64,000 nucleotides of DNA from Mantamonas sphyraenae STR306 (lineage: Eukaryota > Protista > CRuMs): the NCBI GenBank assembly GCA_026936335.1, contig JAPMXV010000035.1, forward strand, positions 124,001 through 188,000, given 5' to 3'. Made by a program: the position numbers and the translations under genes. This document shows positions 1 to 13,726 of this stretch, piece by piece. Numbering within the stretch: the first letter of the stretch is position 1; every line of letters starts with the position of its first letter. The notes under the pieces were generated by a model, which saw only the letters and a list, made by a program, of their open reading frames with translations, ran no database searches and was not told where the DNA came from.

Positions 1-110
1 CGCAAGCACAGACAGTGTCTGTGGACGTGATTCCATGACGTGAAACAATTTGGATTGGTTCGCAGCAAGCAATTTTGCGTGTCGTTTCGTTTGTTGTTTG
101 CCATCGCTCT

Positions 111-2559
111 CTAGCATCCTCCAGGTTCGTACTCGGTGCCTGGATCCTCACCCAACACAGGGACAGTGGAAGCGGTGGAAGCACCGGCCATGGCAGCCTG
201 AGCCTCCTGTTCTTCGGCGAGCTCACGTGCACGCTGCTGGGTCTTGCGTGGCTTGCGATAGCGGGTCTCGATGGGATCAAAGCCACGTTCGGGAGCACCA
301 AACTGGGCCCATGCGGGTGTCTCTGCCATGTAAGTCGACGGTGGAGAAGGGTTCGGTGCCAGCCTGCAGCTCAATGAACTTGTCAAAGTCGATGTGGGTG
401 TACCAGCTGCCGTTGATCTTGAACTTCTTTGGTGAGGCCAGCAGGATGCAACACGAGTGTTCGTGCTCACTGGCCACCTCATACTCTCCTTCCGTCAGTT
501 CGGCAATCTTTTGGGAGAAGAGCAGCACCTCCTCGTGCCAGGGCACGTTCTGCATGCTCAACGACGACCGCTTGCCATTGCCACAAAAGGTGACCCCCTT
601 GATTTCCACAAAGTCGGGCATGCCCCGCATGATCAGTTTGCAGTACTCCTCCATGTCCTCCATGTTCCACCCCTTCACCAGCGTCATGCGAAACACCGTG
701 CGCTGGCCCTTGGCTCGCAGCGAGTCGATGCTGCTCAGGAATCGCTCCCAAAAGTCTTCAAACAGGGGACGATCCACCTCTTTCATGGACTCCTTGGTGG
801 GTGCATCCACAGAGATGTACAGTTGGGTCACAGGACGCAACTCGTCAATCTTCTCCGGAAACTGGGCGTTGGTCACCATGAACGAGGAGATGCCACGAGT
901 GTGCATGTCGTCCAAAAAGGTGTTGATCTCTGGGTAGATGATGGGTTCGCCCACCAGCGACAGGGCACAGTGACGCGGTGTGAACCCCTCCTCCAGTCGT
1001 TCCGGTTGCACCCCGGGCACCCCACGCATGGTGTTGATCATGGCCACATGCTTCTCGATGGCCTCGTCCAGAATGAACCCCGGTTCGTCCTGTTCCCAAC
1101 GCCACTCTCGTCCCACAGGGTTCTTGTGGTGCCGCCAGCAAAACACACACTTGTTGGCACACGCCATGCTGGGTGTCATCTCCATGCACCGGTGTGACTC
1201 GATGCCGTAAAAGGTGTGTTTGTAGCAGCCTCCACGCCCACGAAGCATGCTCTTGGTCCATCGGCACATCTTGACCCCACTGTGGCTGCCAATGATCTTG
1301 TACCCCTGCTTCTGCAACGATGCCTTGTGGGATTCAGTCAACATCACACGCACCTCCTTCCCATTCCTCACCTCCAACCCATCCATGGCCTCCCCTTCCT
1401 CTGCACTGTCCTCGTCCTCCTTCTCCTCCTCCTCTTCGTCGTCGTCCTCCACCGCATCATCCGCATTCTCCCCCTCCAGTTGGATCACAGGTCGCTTGCG
1501 TGCCTTCTTGCCCACTCGTCCTGCCTTCTTGCGTGTCTTGTTGCCTCCACGGCGTTGACGCAGAGACGAGGACGACGACGACGACGACGAGGCCATCATG
1601 GAGCCCATGTCCTCCACATCCACCAATGGTTCGGCATGGTCATCCCCATCCTCATCACTCTCATCCTCACTGGCATACTGGAATTGCGTTGGGTCCATCT
1701 GCGACAGCAACCCCTGCGACCACACCTGGAAGGCCGCGTTCATGTCCTTGCCTGGTGCACTGTCACCCAGCCCCAGACGCCACATGCGCTGTGCTCCCAT
1801 CTTCTCCAGTCGATGGTTCGTCTTGCGTCCCAACGTGTTGAAGAACTTGCTGTAGGCGCTGTCGCCCAGTCCAAACACCGCAAAGCGCATCTTCTGCAGC
1901 CACATGGCTCCCATGCGTTGATCCTGCGTGGCGTCCTTCAGCAGATCAAAGAATGTCCTGCACTTCGGTGGTGCTCTGTGGTACGTGCAGTCGGTTGCAA
2001 ATGTGTGTGTGCGTGTGTATGGCGTGTGTGTGTGTGTGTGTGTGTGAGTGGGCAACCACAGAACCGGGCATCCGCAGCGCTGCATTTTTCTGCGGATTTC
2101 CGGCGCCGAGAAATGGGGCAAAGCGGGCGCCGCTGGACGGGCGTGGAGGCACACGTACGTTCCCTCACTAAACGTGGCCACAATAAAGACGACGTTGGTC
2201 TCGTTGGCGAGTTCGTCAAACTCATAGTCGGCCAGATCAAACGCAGTGGCGTTGATGCCACGACCCTCGGCCGCTTGGACCAGCTTGTTGGCCAGGGTTT
2301 CGGCCGTACCACTGTATGTGGCATACAACACCGTCAACTCGGTGCTCTTCTGCTTGGCAGCCTCACGTGCAGCGGCCTTTGCAGCAGCACGCTCTGTGCG
2401 TGGCTTAAAGGCAGGCTTCACCTGCTTGACCTTTTCGCCCTTGCGGTTCTCCTCCTTGCGGGTGCCACGACGGGCATACACATACGCAAGCACAATGCAC
2501 AGCAGTGCCAACAGCGAGGCTCCCACCAGTTGTTGGGTGTCCACTTCGACTTTGACCAT
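111..2559 (-). CDS. TYW1: tRNA wybutosine-synthesis protein 1 (flavodoxin + radical SAM)
   Basis: N-terminal TM, flavodoxin motifs (VLYATYSGTAE; FAVFGLGDSAY), radical SAM CANKCVFC, YKIIGSHSGVKMCRWTK. In-frame intron 2158-1976. The conserved C-terminus YMAETPAWAQFGAPERGFDP lies in another frame after a 1-nt frameshift at ~333. Confidence 0.95.
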
Positions 2560-2652
2560 GGTTGTGTGGTTGTGCTGGATGGGGATGGGCGGTGGACGAC
2601 CCAACAAAGGATCCCTTCTCCTCTGTGTGTGTGTGTGTGTGTGGTTTCCCCA

Positions 2653-3669
2653 ATGGCAACAGTGTCTTCACCATGGCTTCTTCTGGTGGATCCAGCCACC
2701 CTGGCCATGTTTGGGACGGCGTGTGGGGTGGTGTGGCAAGCCAGCAGCCATTCCCTCCACTTCCACCACAGTCTGGGTCACCGTGAGCGTCAGGAATCGA
2801 TGGAATCCACATCCAAGAGTCTTCTGTGGGCACCAGTGACCGCCTCTGTGTCCCTTCTCCTTCTCTTTCTGTACTTTGATGCCCTGATGACCGTTTATGT
2901 GGTGCTGGTGGGCTTCTCCTGCTTCTTCAGCTCCACCTTTGCCATGTACAGCATGTTCACACGGATGCAGAACGACCGTTCGCGTGTGTTGTCCCTTCCT
3001 GTGTGGTTGGGCAGCCAAATCACCATGACGGAGGCCATGAGCATGGCCTACGGGGCCACTGTGGTGCTACTGTGGCTCTTTACAGGCCATTGGCTCTTTG
3101 TGGACCTGTTGGCATGTGCCATGTCCTTCACCATGGTCGTTGTGTTGCGTTTGAAGAACATCCGCTTGCTCACCATCATCCTTGGCGCCTTTTTCCTCTA
3201 CGACGTCTTCTGGGTCTTTGTGTCGCCACTGATCACCCCCAGTGGCAAGAGTGTCATGGTTGCGGTGGCTCGCAAGGCCACCCAACGCAACCTTCCCGTC
3301 ATGATTACATTTCCCAGGCTGTGGACGGCAGGCAGGGTGGGACTGGGCACCGGGGACGTGGCAATGCCAGGTCTGCTCGTTGCCTTTCTTCACCGCTTCG
3401 ACCACAGCAAGCCTGGTGCCACGTACCGTATCATCAGCATGATGGGCTATCTCTCTGGCCTGGTCATGGCTTATGTGGCTGTCATTGCCATGGATCATGG
3501 TCAACCTGCGCTCCTTTATATTGTGCCAGCCATGCTGGGGCCCGTACTGTGGAAGGCCCATCAGAGTGGAGATCTGGAACACATGTGGCATAATGGGCCT
3601 TTGTTGGGCTTTGACAGGGTGGCAAGTGATGATGAGGAGGAGGAGGATGAGGAAAGCGGCAGGAGGTAG
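2653..3669 (+). CDS. Signal peptide peptidase-like aspartyl intramembrane protease (A22B)
   Basis: Multi-TM protein with YDVFWVF, GLGTGD and QPALLY motifs; ATG 2653. Confidence 0.93.
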   Translation: MATVSSPWLLLVDPATLAMFGTACGVVWQASSHSLHFHHSLGHRERQESMESTSKSLLWAPVTASVSLLLLFLYFDALMTVYVVLVGFSCFFSSTFAMYSMFTRMQNDRSRVLSLPVWLGSQITMTEAMSMAYGATVVLLWLFTGHWLFVDLLACAMSFTMVVVLRLKNIRLLTIILGAFFLYDVFWVFVSPLITPSGKSVMVAVARKATQRNLPVMITFPRLWTAGRVGLGTGDVAMPGLLVAFLHRFDHSKPGATYRIISMMGYLSGLVMAYVAVIAMDHGQPALLYIVPAMLGPVLWKAHQSGDLEHMWHNGPLLGFDRVASDDEEEEDEESGRR

Positions 3670-3692
3670 TGGGCGATGGGGGACGCAAAGGA

Positions 3693-6679
3693 ATGGACGA
3701 CGGAGACGATTTCATCCAGGAGGTTGGGGAAGCAGACGATCTGCATTGGGAGGAGGAGGAAGGGGTTAGGAACGATGATGAGGATGAGGGTGATGATGAT
3801 GGAAAAGGTGATGGTGATGGTGAGGAGGATGGGCATGGATCCAAAGGTCAACACCATCGACACCACCGTGGGCATCATCGACACCATCACCATGGACACC
3901 ACCACCACCATCACCATCACCATCACCATGGGCATCGTAAGCACCATCACCGCCACCATCGTCGTCACCGCTCGTCGCATCATCGGGCGGTGGACGAGGA
4001 GGCAGCCGGGAAACGGGAACACGCGGGCAAGCGACCGCAAAGGCCAGCCACGTCACAACAGCAGCCAACGGCAGCGCAACAACAACGCACACGTGGTGCA
4101 AACACACGGGCAGGAGACACGGGCAGGAGCAAGACACGTCCTTACACTGCAGCAGCCTCAAGTGGGGGCACAGAGACACGTGCGGTTCGAGCGCAGGAGT
4201 TTGACCAAGTGCTCGCCTCGTTGCGCACCAAGGCTGCAAGCCAACTGGAGCTGGCCAAGCAGATTCGAGGTATGTTTGAAGGAAGGACACCATTGGGTGA
4301 TGAGGGTACGGGGAAAGGAGGGAGAGGGGAGCAGCAAGGGGGTGTGTGGGGAAGGTGTGTGTAAAATGGGCGGCGGCCAACGGCTAACTCTGAACGGGAC
4401 ACACACGGATGCACATGGGCACAGCACAAGAATTGTCGAAGCAGGAGGGCAGTGCGGATGGACGGAAAGAGGAGGAGGATGGGTATGGGGACAACCGAGA
4501 CACATACAGCGACGTGGAGGACTTTATTCAGGACGACGACGACTCGGGCCACTCGGACGACGATGTGCGGTACTCACCAGGCAAGGGAGGAGGGTCAAGG
4601 AGAGACAGTGGACATGGGGGCAACACAGGTGGGATGGTAGGATCATTGGATACAGGGAAGGGGAGTAACGTGGGGGGAAGGGGTGGGGAGGGTGAAAAGG
4701 AAGACGGGGCAGAAGGACAGAGTGAACACAGCAGCGAACGGAGCATTGAGGATGCATTTGAGGAGGCGTATGCAGCGTATGAGGAACGGATGAGTCAGAA
4801 GGCGGCAACGCAGAGGATGAGGCAGCAAAAGTCGGCGGGGCCTGTGTTTCAGAGGCCCGTGGACACGGCTGTACGACGGGTTCGGTACAAGAGTGCGGTG
4901 GAGAAGAGCAATCGATCATTGTTGTTGGATGAGGAACAGCAGGAGGAGATGATGAGTGCAGAACGCACAGAGTACTCGAGGCCACTTCCCTTTCTGGAGA
5001 ACAACCGTGGTCAAGAGGGCAACGACGAGGTGGTGGAGGACGAGGACGAGGAAGATGACGAGGAGGCTTACGATGATGATTTCGATGATGATGACGATGA
5101 CGATGATGATGAGGAGGAGGAGGAGGATCAGCACGAGGCAACACAGCAGCAGGGTGGAGGCCCACAGCGAGACATGAGTATCAGTGACACATCGTCGGAT
5201 GAGGACGATGAGGATGACCTGTCGTCCACATCCTCAGACTCGTCGTCATCCATGTCGGAGGACGATGAGGAGAGGGAGGAGCAGCAGAAGCAGGAGGGGA
5301 CGCCAGCACGAGGAACACCGGGGAAACGCATCAAAGGATCGGTGAGCATCCAAGAGGGCAGTGTGGACATGAGCACAGGCAAACCCACAACTATGACAAG
5401 CAGTCGCAGTGGACGTGTGCAACGCAAGGCGGCGCTGCCGAAGCAAGCGCGTGTGGTGAAGCGCAAGCGCAAACGACGCAAGGCAGGAGGCAGCGGCGGC
5501 ACAGGCACACGGGCAAGCACAGCCACGTCGCGATCGTCACGCACCGAAGACACACTGGCACATTTCCACCTGGACACTGCGATCGAACACCAGTCGGAGG
5601 CGTACATGCAGTTCAAGCGGATTGCCATGCAGTACCTGGAGCTGGCACTGTACGAACCTTCCATCCCAGCAGGGTACACCCAGGCCAAGCTGGGAGTGCC
5701 CACAGACCGATTCCAACTGGATGACACGCCCGCAGAACACCAAGTGAACCTGGATCCCAAGCACGAGCTGTCGTTTGCCCAATTCTCACCACGCAAGCAC
5801 TCCACCTCTGGCGAATCCACCACGGCGTCGTTTGGGGTGCAGTTGAGCAGGGGCACGGGCAGGGCACACGCACCTTCCGGCGCCTCCTCCTCCTCCTCCT
5901 CATCATCATCATCATCACGCGCGTACCAGGGCACCAAGGCATCGCGAGCACGCGTGGCCGCGGCCAAGCAGAGACAGAGTGGCGCGATGAGAGGTGGCAA
6001 CAAGGACGGACATCGATCCATGGATTGGCTGACTGAACGTGCGCTGTCGGAGTTGCAACACGCAGGCAGCAGGCGACGACCTCAGAGTGCGTTTTCGTAT
6101 CGATCGCTGTCGCAACGCAGTGTGGCACGCAGTGTGGGGTCGCGTTCCTCCACAGGACGTGGGGGCAGCGCAGGCGGGGCTGGTTCGTCCAGGCTGGCCA
6201 GTGGCAACGATTCGTTGTTTGCACGCAAGCAGCGCGAACGGGAGTTTCGTGCGCTGCTGAAGATCGAACAGGCCAACCTGATTGCGGAGGAGTTGGGACT
6301 GGACAAGCACTACGCCGTCATCAAAGACGACGCAGACAGTGAAATGCGTGTGCTCAGCTTTGCCGGCGTGGTCAATGACAGCGCACGCGAGTACACGGGC
6401 GAGAGTGCCGTGGGCGAAGACGTGGCCGATTCCGCAGCCACAAAAACGATGACCCTGGACATGTTCTTCCGCGAGCACAAGAAGCTGCAGGTGATGGTGG
6501 AGCAGGAGAGTGTCAAGCGCTTCAAGTACCAGGCCCTGCAGAAGCCAGACCATGTCGAAGAGCGAGCCCTGCGCAAGGAGGAGCTGCGCCAGACCATCTT
6601 TGAGACCATCCAACTCAACATGGTTCTTGCCGACCAGCTGGCCGAGTTGCAGATGAAGCGATCGGGAGTGAGTTGGTGA
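3693..6679 (+). CDS. Hypothetical low-complexity protein (His-rich N-terminus, acidic tracts, C-terminal coiled coil)
   Basis: ORFs 3669-4364 and 4409-6679 join in frame via GT-AG intron 4270-4424; no recognisable domain. Confidence 0.7.
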
Positions 6680-6816
6680 CACAGTCCATTCCATTTGGGG
6701 AGAGGGGACACATGCATCCGTGGAACGATGAAGAAAGGGAGTTTCAATCTCGGGTCTCGCTCCGTCACTCCGTCACTCTTCCTCCAAGACCACCAGACGA
6801 TTACCAGTACTTGAAA

Positions 6817-8734
6817 CTACCAGTAGTCGTCCGAGTCGTAGGAAACGTCGCCATAGCCGCCGCTGCTGTCCTCCCCAAAGGATTCCTTGAGCTCGCTGGC
6901 CGGGACCATGAGGGCGGCCGGGTTGAAGTTGGCAAAGTCAAACTTGAGGGAGAGCTGGGTGGTGGCCAGGGTGATGTTGTCCAGGGGACCCAGGGCCTTG
7001 TAGACCTTGTCGTAGTAGGCCAGCTTCTCCTCGCTCATGCTCCAGGTCTCGTAGTCCATGAGCATCTCGTGGAACATCTTGGGGCGAGCCTTGTTCAGCT
7101 CCTTCTTCACCACCCTGTTCATGTCCTTGGAGAAGTCCTCGTACGACCAGTCGTCCTTGAGCTTCTTGTCGCCCAGGAACTCGTTGACGTCCTTGAAGCT
7201 CATCGACAGCGAGGCGCTCTGGGCCCACTTGAGGAAGAGCACCATGGCACGCGCGCCAGGGTCGCCACCGGCCATCATGCCCAGGAACTGGATGAAGCCG
7301 CGGTCGATGGAGGCGTTGAACGAGGTCTTGAACTTGATGATGTCCGCCATGATGGTCTCCGGGTTCTCCGGCTCGATGGCGTCCTCAAAGGTGTACTTGG
7401 ACTTGAACTCAGCGTTGAGCTCACCCAGCCAGTTGGCCTGGAAACCCTCCACCATGTCCAGCGGGTCCAGGGGGGCAAAGGCAGCCACACGGATGTAGTG
7501 CGACTCTCCGTCGGTGTCCACGCTGGCGTTGAACTCAATCTCCACGGGCAGTTCCATCTCCTCCATGATCTCCGAGCCCACCTCTTCCCACGTGGCGTTG
7601 ATCATGTCCACCAGACCCTGCAGGTCGTCCATGCTTGCGCCCTCCTTGCCCTTGGCACGGGCCATGAAGAACGAACGCGTGCCCTCCGGTGCGTTGACCT
7701 CGTCAAACTTGCTGCGGTCGTCCTCCTCCGTCACCGCGTGGCTCATGCTCACACGCATCTTGTCCTCCTCGTACTCACCCACAGACACAAAGAACGACAC
7801 AGAGTCGGCGTTCTCCTCCTTCTTGCTGGAGCCCTCCGCCTCGGCAGCAGACGCCTGCAGCGCCGCCAGCTTCTCGCTTGCCTTCTTCACCTTGTTGCCA
7901 AAGCGCTGCGAGCGCAGGCTCAGCTTCAGCAGACGGAGCTTCACACCGCGGCGAGAATCCTTGTCGCGGTCCGAGCACCACCAGCCGAGGAACTCGTCAA
8001 AGGTGATGTAACCCTTGCCGTCGGTGTCGATGGCGTTCATGGCACGGGTCAGCTCCTCGTCCGACAGCGGCTCGCACAGGTCCTTGGCCAGGTTGGCGAG
8101 TTCGTGCGGTTCGATGGTGCCGCTCTTGTCCTCGTCGTACCTGCAACGATGCAAAACGGTGTTCTGTGTGTGTGAGTTGCCACAAAGAGAGAGAAAACTC
8201 GGAACGGAGTGTGTCACACGGCGAACACAAACACGGTGGTGGTCGCTCGTTCTTCCGCCTCCTCTGTACGTACTGGTCGAATGCAGCCTTGACCTGCTTC
8301 ATCTCCTTGGCAGACAGGTTCTCAGCCTTTTGCACATCCTTGTCGTCGTCCAGGTCAACCTCGCTGTGTGGATGTAGGCGTGGGTTTGCGTCAGCACACG
8401 AAAAAACACACCACCAAAAATCCCCTCTCTTGTCTCTCAGTCGCCCCCACGGCATTCTCGTACCCTTCAAACAGGAACAGCTTGGCACGCAGTTCCTCGT
8501 TCTCCTTGCGCAGAGCCTCGTGCTCCTCGTAGACCTGTGCAGGGCAGCGATGGGTGGCCGCAGGGGAGCAGAAACGGGAGGTGAGCGAAAGGCCCAGATT
8601 TTTCACACAAACTCACACTCAACGAGGCAAAACGCAAGAACCTACGGCAACGCGGGCCTTGAGGTCGTCGTTCTCCTTCTGGAGACGTGCGTTGACAATC
8701 TTGAGCTGGGCACGCTTGGAAGCGTTGCTGACTT

Positions 8735-8778
<44 letters not shown>

Positions 8779-8780
8779 AT
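6817..8780 (-). CDS. EF-hand calcium-binding protein with N-terminal coiled coil
   Basis: Four exons (introns 8645-8535, 8463-8364, 8273-8141, all frame-consistent); EF loops DEDKSGTIEPHE and DTDGKGYITFDE. Confidence 0.85.
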
Positions 8781-8969
8781 CGTGTTTGGGGTGGGCAGCT
8801 GTGCGCCTCCTGCAGCGATCAATGCGCACACACTCACACACACACTCACACACTCGTACATCCGTGTCATGGGTTGAGTCTCCAAACCAATGATGGACAT
8901 CTCCGTCGCTCACGCCCTCGCTCGGCACACCCCTGCCCAACCAAAACCGCAGCTGCAACTCCGCTTGCC

Positions 8970-11160
8970 ATGTCGACGTTGGAGCAGCTAGATGTTGGTG
9001 AGTGACACAGCAACATTGGCACACCCTTTTCTCAAAATCATCCATCCTCCGCATCCACCAGGGCCGACTGACAAAACGATACCATCACGACACAGGTGAA
9101 GAATCGCCAGATTCGGACATGTCCTCTGAAGACGAGGTGCCGGACCTGAAGATCGACGACGGGAGCAAGGAAGAGGGCACGCAGGAAGGGGACGACAGCA
9201 CAAAGGCGGCTGAGGACAAGGAACAGGCGGAGGCAGAAGCCAACAAGGCCAAAGAACAGGAGGCCAAGAAGGCAGCCAAGAAGCGGTCAGCGGCCGACTT
9301 TGAGTTTGGTCGCGTGCTGGGTGAAGGCGCGTACGGACAGGTAAGCAGGAGCCAGAGGACGACACACACACGCATGCATGCACACACATCCATCCCAGCA
9401 TGGCGTAGGTGGCATGCTGGGCGTGGGCAAGGACGTGTGGGCGTGTGTGGGCGGCGAGAAAGGCGGGCGAGGGCAGATTTGTGAACTCACACGCCAGGGT
9501 GTTTTTCCAAACCGACGCAGGTGGTGCTGGCCACAGAGAAGGAGACGGGCCAGGAGTTTGCGGTCAAGATCTTGAACAAGAAGCACATCATTCGGGAGAA
9601 GAAGATCGAGTATGTGAAGACGGAAAAGCTGATTCTGGACACGCTGAACCACCCGAACGTGGTCAAAATGTTTTACACCTTCCAGGACCCCAGCTTCCTT
9701 TGTAAGTGGTTTTTTAGCACCTACGCGACGCCCACGCCGCCATGGGTTTGCCCATGGGCCGTGTGTGTGTGTTGACAGGCACATGAGTACCACGGATGGC
9801 TGTGTGAAAGCCTGTGCGTGTGAGTGGGGCGACGGAGAGGAGCTGACTCATCCCGCACCATCAGACTTTGTGATCGAACTCGCACCAAACGGAGAACTGT
9901 GGGACCAGATTGCAGAGTACGGTTCGTTCGACGAGGCCACCACGCAGTTCTACACAGCGGAAATCATCAACGCACTTGAGCATTGCCACAGCAAGGGAAT
10001 CATTCACAGGGACCTGAAGCCCGAGAACCTGTTGCTGGACGAAGGCATGCACATCAAACTCACAGACTTTGGCACAGCCAAGCAGCTGGAGAACGAACGA
10101 GGTGGGTTGGCTCTCCGTGTCCCTGTGTGTACCCTGCCATGGGTCTGGCTTGGCTCCAGCTGCCGTCGGAAAGGCCCCACGGGAGCTCGCAGGGAGCGTG
10201 GATCACACACGCGGGGCGCCGGAAAAACACACGTCGCACAGCACACACAACACTTGGACACAGAATCCACTGACACACACACGTACGCACATATCACGCG
10301 TGGCTCATATGCGCTGACTGTTGCCCTGTCTGTGCATCGTGTCGCCGCATACACCACACACCACAGCACGCGCCAACTCGTTCTGCGGGACGGCGGAGTA
10401 CGTGTCGCCCGAGGTGCTGGGAGATGCCCCTGCGACGGCAGCGTCTGATCTGTGGGCAGTGGGATGCATTGTCTATCAGATGCTTGCCGGATCACCGCCT
10501 TTTACAGCCGGCAACGAGTACCAGGTGTTCAAGAAGATCACCGACCGGGTGTTTGAATTCCCGGAGAAGTTCCCGGACACTGCGCGGGATCTGGTGGACA
10601 AACTGCTGGCACTGGACCCTGAGGAGCGACCAAGCATCGAGGTGGTCAAGCAGCACCCGTTCTTTGAGGGCATCGATTGGGAGCAGCTGCCGCTGCAGGA
10701 TGCGCCGACCATCAAGGCAGGCTTTGCACCGAAAAAGGTGCGCAAGAACGGTGGGGAAAGCTCGGGGGCAGGCTCGTCGTCGGGATCGGGCAAGGGAGGC
10801 GATGGATCAAGCGATCCAGAGAGGCAGCAGAAGCTGGATCAGCAGAAGAACAGCGCCTGGAGCAAGTTTCTGTTTCCCGACGAACTCATTGTGCATACGG
10901 GCCTGGTGTGGAAGCGCAAGGGTCTCAGTATCAAGAAGCGACAGCTCATCCTCACCGATTTTCCACGCCTCATCTACATCGACGCCGTCAAGATGGAGCT
11001 CAAGGGCGAGATTGCCTGGGGCGACAACCTCAAGGCGGAGATGAAGAGCAACCGCACGTTTTTGATCCACACCACCCATCGCACCTACTACCTCGACGAT
11101 ATCAGCTGTCACGCCGACGCATGGATCAACCACATTGCCGAGCTGCAGGCCAAGAACTGA
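8970..11160 (+). CDS. PDPK1: 3-phosphoinositide-dependent protein kinase 1 (AGC kinase + PH domain)
   Basis: GEGAYG, AVKILNKKHIIREKK, HRDLKPEN, DFGTAK, RANSFCGTAEYVSPE, C-terminal PH (KKRQLILTDFPRLIYID); five exons. Confidence 0.95.
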
Positions 11161-11255
11161 GAAAGGAACTTGAGTCAAGCCACACATCAAAGCCCCCGCA
11201 ACCGTACTTCATTGCCTCTCAATGATGCTCATCCGTCTCATTTGCTCCCCAGTTG

Positions 11256-13585
11256 TCATCGGTAGAGAATGGTCTTGATCTGCTTGCGCTTGTTGCTTGG
11301 AGGCACGCCGTGTGCCACCGCCTTGCCGACTCGGTCCTTGAAAGAGGCCAGGTAGGTGGTCTTGCCTGCAAACTTCTTGCCACCCACCTTGAAGTGGTGG
11401 TCATTGATTTTGATGTCCACCGCCTTGCGTCGGGCGCCGCCCTTTTCGCCAAACTCGGAGGCCGCGGCTGTGGTGAAGCGTTCCTTGGTCTCCTTGTCCT
11501 TGTCCGGAGGCGAGAACGAGCCGTACTCCATGCGAATGTGATCCTGCAAGTGGTCGGGCACCTCCACCGCCTTGCCTGCCTGTGCACGCATGTGCCTGCT
11601 CATCATGGGTCGTCCCGCGGGACTTGCTGCCAGTTTTGCCAGCGAGCCCTGCTTGCGATTCTTCCACCGCTCCTGCAACTCCTGCTGGCGCAGCTTTTTG
11701 GGCTCTACAAACGAGTCCATAGCAGTGGAGCGCATGTAGCTGCCATCCTCCTCCTGCAGGCCCCAGTGCGACTCGTTGAGTTCTGCGCGCAGCTTGCGTG
11801 CACGTGCACGCTCCGCATCGCGTGCCTCGGGTGTGGGTTTTGCAAACGCCTCGCCCGTGCTGGTGCTGTAATCTGTGTACTCTCCACGGTCCATGCGGAT
11901 GTGGTCCTCTTGTTGCGCACCAACACCACCTTGCGCGAGTCCAGTCGCCCCTTGCGCTGCTCCCGCAACGAACGTCGCTTGAAGTTGTCACGTGCCTCTG
12001 TGGTCAGCGGTCCCCCCGGTTCCAGGTCGTCCCTGTGGTCCCAATGGTTGCGCTTCAGGTCGTCCGCCGTAAACTTGAACCCCTTGACCTCGCCTGCCGC
12101 ACGCAACCCACTCACATCCGCTGCGGCCTTGGCATCCTCAAAGTCCTTGGATGTCGTCGCAAACGGACGTGTGTTTCCCGTCCCATACTTGATTTTGCTG
12201 GAGTACAACTCGTCCGGGATGCGGTGGCGTACGTACTGGCTCTTCTTGAACTGCCCATACTCCCGCTGACTCTGTGTTTCCATGGGGGCTGGCTCCACAC
12301 CGGCCTGGTCGTCCAACACAAAGTTGCACACATAGTTGCGGTTGTCTCGCACAATCGTCCGTTCTCGCTTGGGCGGTTTGTGGTACTCCGGCACTTCCTC
12401 CAGCTGGAAATCCTTGTCGTACATCTCCTGCGCCTCGGAACGCGGCGTCTCGTGCCTCCCATCCCCTTCTTTCCACGACGTCCGTGTCAAATCCATGTGT
12501 GGACGCGTCACAGGCGCCGTCTTGGCCTTGAAGTTGTTTCGAAACTCCGTTTGGTGTCTGCGGGGTGACAACGCCCTCGTGTCAGCCTTGAGCTTTTCCG
12601 CGCTCGCGTGGGTGTGGTGCATGGTGTCATGCTGCTGGCTGCCACGGTGAAATCGATGGGAGTTGCTGCTACCACTCCACATGAGCGCACACACACACAC
12701 ACACACACTGTGCGCGTATGCCGCGTTTCCCCTCACTGATTAGGGGCTGGGGCGTTTGCTTCCTTACCGTTCCTGATCACTCGTGGCGTCGCCAAAGGTA
12801 AAGTGCGACGTGGCCTTCTGATCCTGGGCAATCTTGCGACGGCGCTCGGCATCCTTCTTAAAGTCTGTGGGGTGGGGTTGTGTGTGAGTGCCGGGGCGAG
12901 GCCAGTGCCGGGGGGTGTTGCGGGGGGTGCGGGCCGCCGCAACGGTCAACCGGGAGGCTGGGGAAAAAGGCAGGCGCCTACCTTCGGGATCGAGTTCGAT
13001 GAGACGCTGTGTCTGGCTCTGGGCACTGCCATTGGTGGTGTTGTACTGGTCGGGCAGCTTGGTGTTGCCTCGGGTCAGGTTGCGGCTGTTCCACTGGTTG
13101 ATTTTCACCGAGGTGCCGATGTTGCGCTCAACCACCTTGCGTCTCTCCTCGGCCAGCGACGGGTCGCTGCGTTTGTACTTGTATGTCATGCTGGTGGTGG
13201 AGCGGAAGGCGTTGCGCTTGTCCCTGGGCGTCATGTCGTCCTCCTGCAAGACAATGTTCTTCTGGTGCAGTGTCTCTTTGCGTTTGCGAGCCAGCTCCAG
13301 GCGCTTTTGCCGCTCCATGGCCCAGCGTTGGTAGTCCTCCTTCATGGTGGAAATCGGGATGGGTTCGCCTTCGTTCATGGCCAGGTGAGAGTGTTGTGTG
13401 GTCACCTCCAACTCCGATTGGCCAAACGTGTAGTCCCCCACGTCCGACGAGGCATCCGACGCCACGTCCCAGTCGTCCACAAGCTCAATTGTCTTTCCAT
13501 CCCGCTTCATGGTCTCCTGCTGGTTTTTGCGAATCTGCCGCGCCCGATTGGCTCGCACACGTGCAGCTGCATCCAGTGTGGACAT
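11256..13585 (-). CDS. Repeat-rich putative axonemal microtubule inner protein (SAXO/TEX45-like)
   Basis: Repeated (S/T)Txxxx(Y/F) Mn-like motifs (STMKEDY, STTSMTY, TTSKDF, TTEARDNF, STAMDSF, TTYLASF) and SHFTFGD-type motifs; introns near 12981-12865 and 12767-~12640; 1-nt frameshift at ~11908. Confidence 0.6.
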
Positions 13586-13726
13586 GGGAGAAAAGAGGAC
13601 TTTGCGTTGTCACAACCGGCGCAGCGATGTGGGGACTCCATTTGCTTGCCTCCTCTCTTCTGCCACTCGGTCGTTCTGACACTCACTCATTCACTCACTC
13701 ACTCACTCAGTATAATTCTCGTCCAC

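Noticed and set aside
1216-2652. Long N-terminal extension of the 817-aa ORF
   Set aside because: Antisense to TYW1; the real SPP-like gene starts at ATG 2653.
6673-8175. Long antisense ORFs (e.g. 6673-8175, 47168-49045, 34525-36015)
   Set aside because: Shadows of GC3-rich genes on the opposite strand with no recognisable motifs.
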